Position numbers and translations under genes: made by a program | Source: the human T2T-CHM13v2.0 reference genome, Homo sapiens | DNA length: 64,000 nt | Strand: one strand, 5' to 3' | Assembly: GCF_009914755.1 (NCBI RefSeq) | Contig: NC_060928.1 | Notes under the pieces: model-generated | Told to the model about the DNA's origin: nothing | The model's database searches: none | What the model saw: the letters and a program-made list of their open reading frames with translations, nothing else | Shown here: positions 14,391 to 33,193 of the stretch, piece by piece | Layout of the letters: the number at the start of each line of letters is the position of its first letter | Position numbering within the stretch: the first letter of the stretch is position 1

Positions 14391-15356
14391 AGCCTCAATT
14401 GGAACTTTAATGCCTTCTCCATTTTTCCCTAGTCCATTGCCAGGGAGATATCCCATTTTAGTCGTGATTTCTTGACTCGTGGAGCTGTATAGAGAGACTG
14501 GAATAGTAATCTCTGCATGCCACTGTTCTAATAAGTCTTGGCCCCGTAAATTAATTGGAATAGAAGTAATCATAGGCTGAACTGTACTCTCTTGATTATC
14601 AGGTCCTAGACGATGTGAAATCCTGGCACTTTGATACACTTCTGAGGCAGTGCTCACAACAACAATTCCTGTAACAGGCTTTTGTTTAGGCCGATTTTTT
14701 GGCCATTGATTTAAGGCAATGAGAGAAACATCAGCCCCAGTATCCACTAATCCTTCAAACTGTTTTCCCTGAATAGTAACTGTACACACAGGTCTATTCT
14801 CTGAGAGCTGACTAGCCCAATAAACAGCTTTTCCAGCAGGGTTGGTACTTCCAAACCCTCCTGTTCTTTCTGTTTTGCTATCCCCAATTTTAATATAAGG
14901 CAAGAGCAGTAATTGAGCAATTCTATCACCTGGATTGGCACTCCAGGGAACAGTAGAGCTGATCACTAACTGAATTTCCCCTTTATAATCTGAGTCAATT
15001 ACCCCAGTATGAATTTGAACTCCTTTCAAATTTAGACTAGATCTTCCTAAAATAAGGCCTAACATCCCTTCTGGCAGCGGGCCATATACCCCTGTAGGAG
15101 TCTTTTGCGGGGGCTCTCCAGGGAGTAAAGAAATCATTTGAGTAGAACATAAATCTACTGCAGCGCTGCCTGCTGTGGCAGGGGATAATTGTTGTATTGT
15201 TGTAATTGGCTGATTTCCTGAAATGGTGGTATTTACTGTGGGGGTTGTTGTCCCTGAAAACCCTGAGGAACAAATGACTGAATCGGGAATGCCCCACTTT
15301 GTTGCGGGGCCTGGGGCTGGCCCCTCTTCCCATTTCCCAACAATGGCTGTCCATTT
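14349..15356 (-). CDS. pro: HERV-K pro: dUTPase-protease-G-patch, open from stop to stop (335 codons)
   Basis: By manual translation the frame is open from KWTAIVGK (15356) to the stop at 14349. dUTPase motifs [36 protein letters not shown]; protease LVDTGAD; G-patch [12 protein letters not shown]. Confidence 0.85.
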   Translation of the reverse strand, partial: KWTAIVGKWEEGPAPGPATKWGIPDSVICSSGFSGTTTPTVNTTISGNQPITTIQQLSPATAGSAAVDLCSTQMISLLPGEPPQKTPTGVYGPLPEGMLGLILGRSSLNLKGVQIHTGVIDSDYKGEIQLVISSTVPWSANPGDRIAQLLLLPYIKIGDSKTERTGGFGSTNPAGKAVYWASQLSENRPVCTVTIQGKQFEGLVDTGADVSLIALNQWPKNRPKQKPVTGIVVVSTASEVYQSARISHRLGPDNQESTVQPMITSIPINLRGQDLLEQWHAEITIPVSLYSSTSQEITTKMGYLPGNGLGKNGEGIKVPIEAKGNPERKGLGYPF

Positions 15357-17155
15357 TTATCAAATTTAGAACGACATGCCTTAGCCCAATGTTTTCCTTT
15401 TCCACATCTTGGACACAGGCCAGGTGGCTCTTTTTTTTTTTTGCTCTGTGTATTTAAGCCTGGGCAATTCTTTTTTAGATGTCCGATTTGACCACAATTA
15501 TAACATTTTTCCCCAAATGTTTTAACTTGTCCTCCTAAAGCAACCCCTGTAATTGCTTGAGCCAATAACATTGCCTTACGCATAGCTCCTCCAATCCCAT
15601 CACAAGCCTTCACATATTCTGTAATTACATCAACTCCTGCTGAAACCTTTCCTCTTAATGGCTTTATGGCTGATTGACACTCTGGATTTGCATTTTGATA
15701 AGCTATTATTTCCACAGTAACTTTTCGGGCGTTATTATCTGCAATGGATTTTTGAGCTGCATCTTGCAACCTTGCCACAAAGTCTGGATATGGATCTTTA
15801 GAGCCTTGTCTGATTGAACTAAAAGCAGAGCAGGAGGTTCCTGGGTCCTGAATCTTTTCCCAGGCCCTGAGGCAAATAGCCCTTAGTTGTTCAGTAGCCT
15901 CATTTTGCATTACTGATTGTTGGTTAATAGTGCCCCAATTTGGACCTGTTCCTAGTAATTGGTCTGCATCTATATAAGCAACAGGATTAGTAGCCTGATT
16001 TTTTCATACCTGTTCTTGTACCCCATCAATCCACCAGGTTTTAAACTGTAGATACTGAGAGGGTGAAAGGGAAGATTTAGCCAAAATTTCCCAATTATAA
16101 GGAATAAGTCTATTTCCATGAGCAATGGAATCTAATAATGTTCTCATATAAGGAGAGTTAGGTCCATATTGTTTAACTCCTTCCTTCATATCTTTTAACA
16201 TTTTTGTGGTGAAAGATTCATATCTGGTCTCAGTTCAGACAGACGCTCCTGCTTGACTCCCTTTCCCGGCCGGCATCGGTTGTAACATTCCCGGATATTG
16301 CCATGCCTCAAGATCTCCCTGTTTTCTGGCTGTAGCAATGGTCTCATGCAGTGCACTATCTTGTCCACTAGGTGGTACTGTAAGATCAAACGCCATCGCC
16401 GTGGGTTGTTGATATAGTGCCTTGCTATTTGGCACAGGACGCACCGCCTGAGATCCATACTGAACCTCTGGAGACGGCGGATACTGAAATACGGCTGGCG
16501 GCTGGTGTTGATAAACTACCGATGGTTGGGTTTATTTTCTACGGGCTGGTATTGCGGATACTGTGCCTGGATTGGCATTTGAGATTGTGACATCACAGGC
16601 ATCTGAACCGCGGGAGAAGGGGTTGGTGGCCATCGTGGTCTAAACTCTGATGGCCCAAATAATTCTGGACCTCCTTCCCCAATTTTGATGATTCAGGATA
16701 TATTACCTCCTGTAATTGATTATAGTCAACATTTTGCATTGACCGAACCATTACAGGCTCTACTGCAGTTTTACAATGTGAACTTTCCATTCCTTTCTTA
16801 AAGTCTGTTCCTGCCTCTTCTTCACAATCTATTACACAGCTTTCAGGGGCATCAAAGACTGAAACGCTGTCTTCTTCTATTTGAAATGGTTCTAAAGTTG
16901 CTTTAATAATGGCCCAATCATTCCATGCTGTAAGTGGGATGATCTTACCTTCCCTAGTTGCTTGTTTTAGTTCTTTGCCAATTTTTCCCAATCTTTTAAA
17001 TCTAAAATTCCCTGTTCTGGAAACCATGGGCAGAATTGTTCTATTGCTTGAAATAGCGTAACTAGATTTTCTGTAGAAACTTTAACTCCCCCTCTTCTTA
17101 AGAGAATTTTAATGAAGCTGAGATAAGAAGCATATTTACTTTCAGTTTGCCCCAT
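15155..17155 (-). pseudogene. gag: HERV-K gag, disrupted
   Basis: ATG at 17155 (MGQTESKY, myristoylation Gly). CA major homology region (IRQGSKDPYPDFVARL) and two CCHC knuckles in 15233-15910. Split into several ORFs by frameshifts and stops. Confidence 0.95.
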
Positions 17156-17278
17156 TGTTACCCTGGATTCCTCCGAGCGCACAAGCTAACCTCAAGGCTG
17201 ACTGTGGATGTACTCGGGAATCTCTCGTTGGCTGTCCTCAATGCTCACGTTCTTAAGGTACCTTCACCCTAGAGAAGG

Positions 17279-17296
17279 GCCCCACATTGGGCACCA
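17279..17296 (-). promoter_or_regulatory. Primer binding site, tRNA-Lys(CUU)
   Basis: TGGTGCCCAATGTGGGGC, 2 nt after the 5' LTR. Differs from TGGCGCCCAACGTGGGGC at two CpG positions. Confidence 0.92.
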
Positions 17297-17298
17297 GA

Positions 17299-18301
17299 TG
17301 AAGGGATGGCCTGCCCCTCCACACCTGTGGGTATTTCTAGTCGGGTGGGATGAGAGACGGAGAAAATAAATAAGACACGAAGTATAGAGAAACAACAGTG
17401 GGCCCAGGGGACCGGCACTCAGCACACCAAGGACCTTCACAGGCACCGGCCTCTGAGTTCCCTCAGTTTTTATTGATTATGATTTTCATTATTTCAGCAA
17501 AAATAAATGTAGTAGGAGAGCAGGGTGATAATAAGGAGGTCAACAAAAAACATGTGAGCAAAAGAATCTATATCATAAATAAGTTCAAGGGAAGGTACTA
17601 TGCCTGAACGTGCACATAGGCCAGATTTATGTGTCTCTCCACCCAAACATCTCAGTGGTGTAAAGAATAACAAGGCAGCATTGCTGCAAACATGTCTCAC
17701 CTCCTGCCACAGGGCAGCTTTTCTCCTATCTCAGAGTTGAACAAATGTACAATCGGGTTTTACACTGAGACATTCAGTTCCCAGGGGCAAGCAGGAGACA
17801 GTGGCCTTCCTCCATCTCAACTGCAAGAGGCTTTCCTCTTTTACTAATCCACCTCAGCACAGACCCTTTACGGGTATCGGGCTGGGGGACAGTCAGGTCT
17901 TTCTCATCCCATGAGGCCATATTTCAGACTATCACATGGGGAGAAACCTTGGACAATACCTTGCTCTCAAGGGCAGAGGTCGCTGCGGCTTTCCACAGTG
18001 TATTGTGCCCCTGGTTTGTTGAGACTAGAGAATGGCGATGACTTTTACCAAGTATACTGCTTGTAAACATTTTGTTAACAAGGCATGTCCTGCACAGCCC
18101 TAGATCCCTTAAACCTTGATTTCATACAACACATGTTTTTGTGAGCTCCAGGTTGGGTCAAAGTGGCTGGGGCAAAGCAACAAATTAACAACATCTAAGC
18201 AAAGCAATTGTTTAAAGTACAGGTCCTTTTCAAAATGGAGTCTCTTATGTCTTCCCTTTCTACATAGACACTGTGACAGTGTGATCTCTCTTTTCCCTAC
18301 A
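17299..18301 (-). repeat. HERV-K 5' LTR (promoter), 1003 bp
   Basis: Starts TGTAGGGAAAAGAGAGATCA, ends CCCTTCA and is followed by the PBS. Roughly 5% substitutions plus indels relative to the 3' LTR in the blocks compared by eye. Confidence 0.95.
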
Positions 18302-18336
18302 CAAATAAAGAACCCAGTAACTTTTCTCATTGCTCA

Positions 18337-19324
<988 letters not shown>

Positions 19325-19846
19325 TGAATTCATTGCAGTGCAAAGACTGGGACATGTGGAACTCCAGGTGTATATGGGTTATGTAGAGACGCTAGGGGCT
19401 GATTAAGGAAGGAAAGATATGAGAAGCCTGCAGAGCATGTTTTCCCAGACTGTATGGGCCCTGGGAAAGGAGAAGTGGACAGAAAGGGAACACTAGGTGC
19501 CCTGGAAGAGAAGATTCATCCAAGTCATCAGGGAAGTTACTAAAGCAAGGTAAAAAATGCAGAGACGGGGACAAACACGCTTCTCCCAAGTCCTTTCTGT
19601 CCGCTCAGTCACCTCTATGCTTACTTTTCTTTCCTGTAAGTAGTGTCATGCGTTTTCTTCCCATTCCTAGTCACTCCTAGTCAACTAACTCCTCTCTTTA
19701 CCATCTTTTCATCAGAACTTGAATCCTCCTCTCCTTTATGTATTAGTGATCATGTTTCTCCGTAATACTGCTAGAAACAAGAATTGAAACCTGGAAAACC
19801 TGCATTTGAGAACCAGATCTGCCTCTGCTAGCTATTTGAGAAGTGA

Positions 19847-19987
<141 letters not shown>

Positions 19988-20075
19988 TGAGACTACAGGT
20001 GTGTGCCACCACAGCTGGCTAATTTTTAATGGTTTTTTTTTGTTTACTTATTTTTTTTTTGTAGAGATGGGGTCT

Positions 20076-21030
<955 letters not shown>

Positions 21031-21249
21031 CAAAGTGCTGGGATTATAGGCATGAGCCACTGGTCCCAGCCAATTCCGTTCTTTTAATGCAAACTAGAAA
21101 ATTGGTGTTCAGAAAGGCCTGCCCTATCCACCTCAGGGAGTTGCTATGAAGATCAAATTAGATCATGTGCAACAGAAGTTTAGAAAAGATTCCAAAAGCA
21201 CTGTGCAACGAGAATGTATTTTTAAACTCCACTGAGTGGACTTAAAACT

Positions 21250-23807
<2,558 letters not shown>

Positions 23808-24637
23808 TCAATTGTTCTTCGGTGTGGCCTGGGTTTTGGAAGACTTAAAAAAAAATCCCAGGTGACCCTAAAGTGTAGATGAGTTTGGAAACCACACATT
23901 TAAGGCACACTTGAATGGGGGAGCAGTGAGGTGGCGCGGGCTAGCCGGCCAGAACCCAGGGGTGGGGCAGTAGGAACCAGCATTGCAGAGGCCATTGAGG
24001 CTGGGAAGCATAGTGTCTGGGGCCCATAACAATGCTTGGACATGAATGCTTTAGACCCAAGACAATTGGCTGCTAAATGTGCAAACTGCAAGGCTGAAAT
24101 GAACGCATGTTTAATGCTTTACAACACTGTCAAGGGATCAGCTGCAACTCCGTTCTGAGGGCGTGATGCCTGAGATATGCCTGTAATGGGGGTGGATTTT
24201 AATGAATTTAATATGGTGTGGAGTCGGGCCTTCAAGAGTAAAGAGGTCAGTTCTAAGTTGGTTGCAGGGGTCTGGGCAAAGGTCTTAAAACCCCATGGTG
24301 AGCAGATGGCCAATCCTGAACACCCCAATTTTAAAACAGGGCTTTTTTTCCAAGAGACTTTTTGAAAATAGCTCCTATTTTGAGGGGAGGAACCCTGGCA
24401 GGAGAGAGCGAGAGTTAAGCCCAGCTGAGAGGGGGTTGGCAGGCAGGGGACTGCCTGGTCCTCACTGAAGCTTGATACTCAGGGTGAGCTTCCTAAACCA
24501 ATGCAGATTTGCTGGCCCACTGAGCCTCCCAGATGAGAACCTGCATTTCAACAAGGTCCTCGGTGCAGCAAAGTTTGAGATATACTGGGCTAGAACACCC
24601 AGGGGACACAAAGGTTCTCTGAAAACTAAGGAAAATA

Positions 24638-25275
<638 letters not shown>

Positions 25276-25470
25276 AAATAAATACTGGGCTAGAAGACCC
25301 AGGAGACCCGAACATTCTCTCAAAACTAAGGAAAATAATCTAGGTCACAAATATATTCTCTTTCTCCTTCTCCCCATTGCCCCCCTTCACCAGGAATCTT
25401 TATAGACTCAAATCGAGTTGATGTTCTATAATCAATTCTAGTCACTTTTATTTATATTTATTTATTTTAG

Positions 25471-25614
<144 letters not shown>

Positions 25615-27274
25615 TAAGCTAATGCCTGTGAGACCATAGATTCTTTTTATGCACTCAATACATTTTTGTGTTTACCTTACATTTGTATTATGGACAAATT
25701 CTGTTTTTTCCACTTGTTTCTATTTGATAATGAAGCCCTCTGTGCCTATCACCAGCCTCAGCTGCCATCATCTCATTACCAAGCTGGGTTATTTTGAAGC
25801 AAACATCTTCTAATATTTAGCCGGCGTTCAAATTTCCCTAACCATCCTAAATGAATGTTTAGAATAGTTGTTTTATTGGAAACAAGGTCAAAACAAGTAC
25901 ATTTTACATTTTTAGGCCAGTCTTGAAAGTAAGTGTAAAACCTTGTGTGGGGTAGGAGGTGGGACTAGCCTCTCAAGGTGGGGCCAGGATACCAGACCCA
26001 ATTGAGGACTAGCTAAGACAGATTCCACAATGAATAACACCAGGAGGTGGGAATATTAAGGTCTATTGTGAAGGATGGCTACCACAATTATTTGATCAAC
26101 TAGTTATCAACCCTGACTGCAGCTGAGAGAGATTTGTTTCCGCTTTTTTTTTTTTTTTTTCAGAGACAGGGTCTTGCTATGTTGCCCAGGCTGGACTCAA
26201 ACTCCCGGGCTCAAGTGATTCTTCTGCCTCAGCCTCCTGAGAGCTGAGGCTACAGGTGTGTGCCACTGTGCCTAGCAAGATATTAAAAAATACGTATGCC
26301 CGGACACCACTCTAAACCAACTAAATTAGAATCAGATATAGTGAAGTCATTAATCATTTTGCTCCTGGGTCTTTATGATAGTTTTATTCCTGGGAAACTC
26401 TTGGGAATGTGGTAGAGAGAGGGAAAGAAATGGGAAAATAAGATTTTAAGAAGTGTTGCTATGCATTATGAAAATAATTTTTCTTTGGTGTTTGTCTTGA
26501 GGGACGTCGGTAAACATTTCAATTGCCTTTCAGTATGCTTGGATGCTGGAATGATGGTTCTTTGAATGCAGCATCAAACTGGCATTGGGCCACATGGCAG
26601 CCAGCGTGAGCCTTTATGCCACATTTATAAAACATGAATGTCATGAGACCACTCTCAGGGACCTTACAATTTGGAGGGTTAGGTCAGATCCACAAATCTC
26701 TTCTATCTCATGGTAAAGGAAACCTGGCGTGTAGCAGGAGATGGCGTGATAGCCATAACATATTGCATGATCAGTATTTGTATTCTTCTTAGCAATATTA
26801 AACTTTTTGACCCCCTCCATTGTGTCATCAATTTGCTTAATACAGTTTCTGCCTCAGCGTCAGTTTTTAGGACTGGCATAAGCTGTTTGAAATCCAGGCA
26901 CATACCCACCTGTCATCTTTGGCCTAGTTAACACCTCCCCTCCCTGAGTGGTGATTTGGAGAACCTGCTTGTTCCTCATCCCACTGATCCCAAACCCAGG
27001 ACACCCCACAGCTGCTGACCAGGATTAAACCTAACGGAGATTTAATGCCTTTCTTCTGATTCTCAGGGACTTACATTCATTCACTTAAATACTTGCAGAG
27101 TCAGCCAGGTGTGGTGGCTCACACCTGTAATCCCAGCACTTTGGGAGGCCAAGGTGGGTGGAACCGAGGTCAAGAGTTCGAGACCAGCCTGGCCAACATG
27201 GTGAAACCCCATCTCTACTAAAAATACAAAAATTAACTGGTGTAGCAGCGCGTGCCTGTAATCCCAGCTACTCA

Positions 27275-27490
<216 letters not shown>

Positions 27491-27703
27491 CTAGATTGTC
27501 TTGTGATATTTAAAATCTAGGAGAAGGCAGGAGAGAGAACTAAGTACAGAGAGCATGTTCTGAGATGTCTGCTGTCTTTGCAGTTACCTTCCCTCAATTT
27601 CCCTACTCATTGGCCATGCTAGAAAGCAGGTCTTGGTGCCATATTTGTACCATGGTACTTCCCCTCCCTATACTCAATTGGTTGTCCAGAAGCCCAATTA
27701 TCA

Positions 27704-27767
27704 CTCTCTCTCTGTCTCTCTCTCTCTCTCCCTCTCCCTCTCTCCCTCCCTCCCTCCCTCCCTCTCC
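27704..27767. repeat. (TC)n/(CCCT)n pyrimidine tract
   Basis: Seen directly. Confidence 0.9.
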
Positions 27768-28992
27768 AAGATATCCAGTAACAGACTGATCAGCTGGTGG
27801 TGGGTTCTGCTGGCTGCCATGATGGGCCGCCAGCAAAAAGGGAAAATTGGTAGTGAGTGAGAGAAACAGAGATAAGAAAGTCCACAGGGCTGATAAGAAA
27901 GACCAAGGGCTGCCGGGAGTGGTGGCTCATGCCTGTAATCGCAGCACTTTGGGAGGCCAAGACGGGTGGATCACGAGGTCAGGAGATCGAGACCATCCTG
28001 GCTCACACGGTGAAACCCCATCTCTACTAAAAATACAAAAAATTAGCCAGGTGTGGTGGCGGGTGCCTGTAGTCCCAGCTAATTGGGAGGCTGAGGTGGG
28101 AGAACAGCGTGAACCCTGGGAGGTAGAGCTTGCAGTGAGCTGAGATAGCACGACTGCACTCCAGCCTGGGCGACAGAGCAAGATTGCGTCTCAAAAAAAA
28201 AAAAAAAAAAAAAGAGACCGTGGGCTTCTGAGAGCCAGAAAGAGGCATTTTGGTTTCTGTAACTGCAGTTTCCATTCTCTCATGGCCTCTCATTTGTTTC
28301 TTGTGCCCATGAGTTTGCCTATTAGAGATAAGGTGTGCTCCTTTCCCTCCAGCTCATGCAAATGGGTTTCTGTTACTTACAATCATTGTTCCCTGATATG
28401 GATGGTGACTGATGCTCTACTAAATGCTGAAAAAAAGCAGAGTGGAAGCACAGAAAAGCGGGCTTCTCTGAGGAGGTGACGTTAGAGCCCAGTTGGAAGG
28501 CAGGAGTAAATGTGCACTGTGATTTTTTAGGATTAAAACCAAGTATCTCACTGCTTGGGCACATGTAGATAGAGGTGATTTAACAGTAAACTGTCCCAGT
28601 TGTATCCATTGTCAGTTACCTCACCACAGGGATTATGTAGCCATGAGTTTGGTTAGTGCTTATTTATTTTAGGTTGTTGTTTTTCCAAACCTCTTAAACG
28701 ATAGGCGTTTGGAACAGGTGACAGCATCGTTCATTAATGTTGTGGACAAACCACTCTTTTATTACTCAAGACGGTAATTTTTAAAGAAAAAGAGGTTTAA
28801 TGGGCTCACAGTTCCATGTGGCTGAAGAAGCCTCAAAATCATGGTGGAAGGCAAAAGGCACATCTTACATGGTGGCAGACAAGAGTGATGAGACCTATTT
28901 TGGTCATTGTTCACTGGCCATAGAATTTACTTCTATATTTTGAATTAAGACAAGAGCCAGGCACACAAGACGGTTACAGGTCTGCTTTTTAT

Positions 28993-28996
<4 letters not shown>

Positions 28997-29034
<38 letters not shown>
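28997..29034. repeat. (GAT)n trinucleotide microsatellite, about 12 perfect units
   Basis: Seen directly. Confidence 0.95.
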
Positions 29035-29035
<1 letters not shown>

Positions 29036-29346
29036 ATGGCTGACATGGTTCATGACTTGCTTTTTCTCATCATCTCAGAGCTAGATTTTTGGCTGGACTA
29101 TTGGCTTGGGATAGATGAAAATCATTCCTTGTATCCCCTGATCTTAAAGTCAAGACTGAAGCAGCCTCCAGACACAAGCCTTCATGGGGCTTCAGACACC
29201 ATGAGGAATGGGCGTCCCTGCAATATCGTCATGGCTGTCAAAAGTGTTATTGGAGCTGGGCAAGTGGGCGCTCTCCTGTCATTCCATCCTGCTTAGATTT
29301 CCCATTCAACATCAATCTTATTTCCTTTTTTTTTTTTTTTTTTTGA

Positions 29347-29770
<424 letters not shown>

Positions 29771-31136
29771 TAGGCATTCAACAAATGTTTAATTTCATTC
29801 AACAGCTCCTCTTACCACTGCCCCCACCTTATTTGCAGGTGACTAAGTATAATCAGAACAAGTAGGTATCATAAGATTTAGTCCAGAGTCAATTTGGGAA
29901 GAAATTACTTTAGTGATATGAAAAGAAACCATGCTATTTAGTCAGAATACTTCTGAGAGTATCCCCTGTCCAAGCATTTGCTGAATTTCTATCTACTAGT
30001 TTTCAGGTGGAACAGTATGGTTGCAGAGAGTCCATTTGGACATAGATACACTTTCATGCATTCATGTCTTTAACAATAATTTGTGGCCCTACTGTGTTTG
30101 TTCACTAACTCCTTCGAACCTACCATATAAGCTATATGTGTATTTTCCTTGTAATTTGGGAGGTCCAATGCTTCATTAAGCTCACATGCCTGAAACTAAT
30201 GAAGAAACTAGCTCGTTAACCAGCTAGTATAAAAAGAGCCACCAAAACAAGTCAATCATCCGCCTTAAATCAGCCCAGTACTCCCATCTTGAGCGGAGAA
30301 GCCCATTCTGAATCACATTCAAGACACTGATGGAAAAACAGCTCTCTCTGGGTATCAAAACCACGCTCACTCCAAATCCTCCTCCCCAGAGTTCTCCTCA
30401 TTGCTCACCCACTGAACCCAGAACAAACCAGAAGTGCTTGAAATGAGGACGGGTAGCTCCGTGTACCAATCGGAATTTAAAACTATGTCAATTCCTGCTA
30501 TAGAAATGAGGCTTCTCCCCAGGACCAGCATTCCACGAAGGCAGCCCTTTTCTAGATGGAGAAAACAGAACCTGAAGGCACCCGTTTCCCTAAACTGCTC
30601 TCGCTCATGTGTAAGTACAAATGAAAAATGCTGACGCTGCTTCTGTTGGCATTGCTTTATAATTACGGCCATCAATAAATCATTTTATCCTTGAACAAGA
30701 CTAGAGAGTGACCCGAAGGCAGAGGCATGATTCCTTAGGAATTAGGCCAACAGAGAATGGGCTATCTCTCTTCCCACCTCTTCTCTTACTCTGCTGTCAG
30801 AAACAGAAAGGTTCTCTGTGAGTAGCTGGGAGCAGACGGCCGCACTTGAGTTCCATCAGGGGGTTCTGTTGACACAGTTTTACCCCAGCCTGCCTTGATG
30901 GCCACTGCCACACAAGCTGCATCTGTTCTTTCTTCTGCACCTTTTGTTACTTCGTTGTTTTTCCTCTTTCTAGTGTAGTGAGCTGAATGGTGGCTTTGCA
31001 CGAGATATATCCAGATCCTTGTGCCTAGAATCCGTGGAGGTGGCATTATTTGGAAAAAGGGTCTTTGCAGATGTAATTAAGTTAAGGATCTTGAGATGAG
31101 ATTAACCTGGAGTATTTTAGGTAGGCTGTACATCTA

Positions 31137-31879
<743 letters not shown>

Positions 31880-33193
31880 TTCCTGTCTTCTTATATTAAT
31901 AAGAAAAATAAAACGAAATAGTGGTAAAGTGTTGGGACGGCGAAAATTTTTGGGGGTGGTATGGAGAGATAATGGGCGATGTTTCTCAGGGCTGCTTTGA
32001 GCGGGATTAGGGGCAGCATGGGAACCTAGAGTGGGAGAGATTAAGCTGAAGGAAGATTTTGTGGTAAGGGGTGATATTGTTGGGTTGTTAGAAGAAACAT
32101 TTGTCATTTAGAATTATTGGTGATGGCCTGGATACAGTTTTGTATGAATTGAAAAACTAAACAGAATAAGAGAAGGAGAAAAACAGGTATTAAAGGACTA
32201 AGAATTGGGAGGACCTAGGACATCTAATTAGAGAGTGCCTAAGGAAGTTCAGCATAGCCTTGCCAGCAAAGATTATGTATTTAAGAGTTAAGAGTGGCGG
32301 TTTGGGGATAGTAACAGTAGATATCAGCTGTGATGGCTTGGAGAAACAGTGTAAACCAGCAGTGTAACAAGAGCAGGACATGTATGAGTTGTTGAGAACG
32401 ATGAATAGGAGTATGACTAGACAGAAGATAGTAGGGATGACAAGTTTTTTGGGGCACAGTCCAAGTTGGTCTGGTGTCTGGAATGAGACTGGGGCCTAAT
32501 AAAAAGGAGCGTCTATATAGGAGCTCAAATGGGCTGTACCTTGTAGCATTCCAAGGACAGGCCTGACTTCTGAGAAGGGAAAGTGCTAAAAGTATTGTTC
32601 AGTCCTTTTTTAGTTGGTGGCTGAGCTTGGTGAGGTGTGTTTTTAAAAGACCATTAGTCTGTTCTACTTTCCTGAAGACTGAGAACTGTAAGGGATATAA
32701 AGATTTCACTGAATACTAAGAGCCTGAAACAATGCTTGGCTGATTTGACTAATAAAGGCCGGTCTACCATTGGACTGTATAGAGGTGGGAAGGCCAAACT
32801 GAGGAATTATGTCTGATAGAAGGGAAGAAATGACCGTGGTGGCCTTCTTAGACCCTGTGGGAAAGGACTCTACCTATCCAGTGAAAGTGTCTACCTAGAC
32901 CAAGAGGTATTTTAGTTTCCTGACTCGGGGCACGTTGAGTAAAGCTAATATGTCAGTCCTGGGTGGGGGCAAATCCCTGAGCTTAATGTGTAGAGAAGGG
33001 AGGGGGCCTGAATAATCCCTGAGGAGTAGTAGAATAGCAGATGGAACACTGAGAAGTTATTTCTTTGAGGATAGATTTCCACAATGGAAAGGAAATAAGA
33101 GTTTCTAAGAGGCGGGCTAGTGGCTTGTACTATAGCATAGCCTGCCTTTGCTGGTGTGTGGCGATTAGGCCTGGTGGAACTGACATCAATAAA

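Larger units (their letters stand above)
8712..18301 (-). mobile_element. HERV-K (HML-2) full-length type-2 provirus with older LTR5A/LTR5B-like LTRs
   Basis: Two LTRs of about 1 kb with TG...CA ends, a tRNA-Lys PBS and a PPT. gag, pro, pol and env resemble HML-2 proteins (MGQTESKYASYLSFIKILL, MNPSEMQ). A 5-bp TSD CAAAT lies at 8707-8711 and 18302-18306. The pol-env junction segment deleted in type-1 proviruses is present. Confidence 0.97.

Noticed and set aside
8712-18301. Possibility of a replication-competent or human-specific HERV-K
   Set aside because: gag, pol and env have multiple stops and frameshifts, the LTRs differ by several percent, and the LTR type is not LTR5Hs.
30367-30675. 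102-aa ORF considered as a downstream ENPP7-like exon
   Set aside because: No match to the ENPP motifs I looked for (NHGVVHN, PIWIT, EPDSTGH, SDHG).
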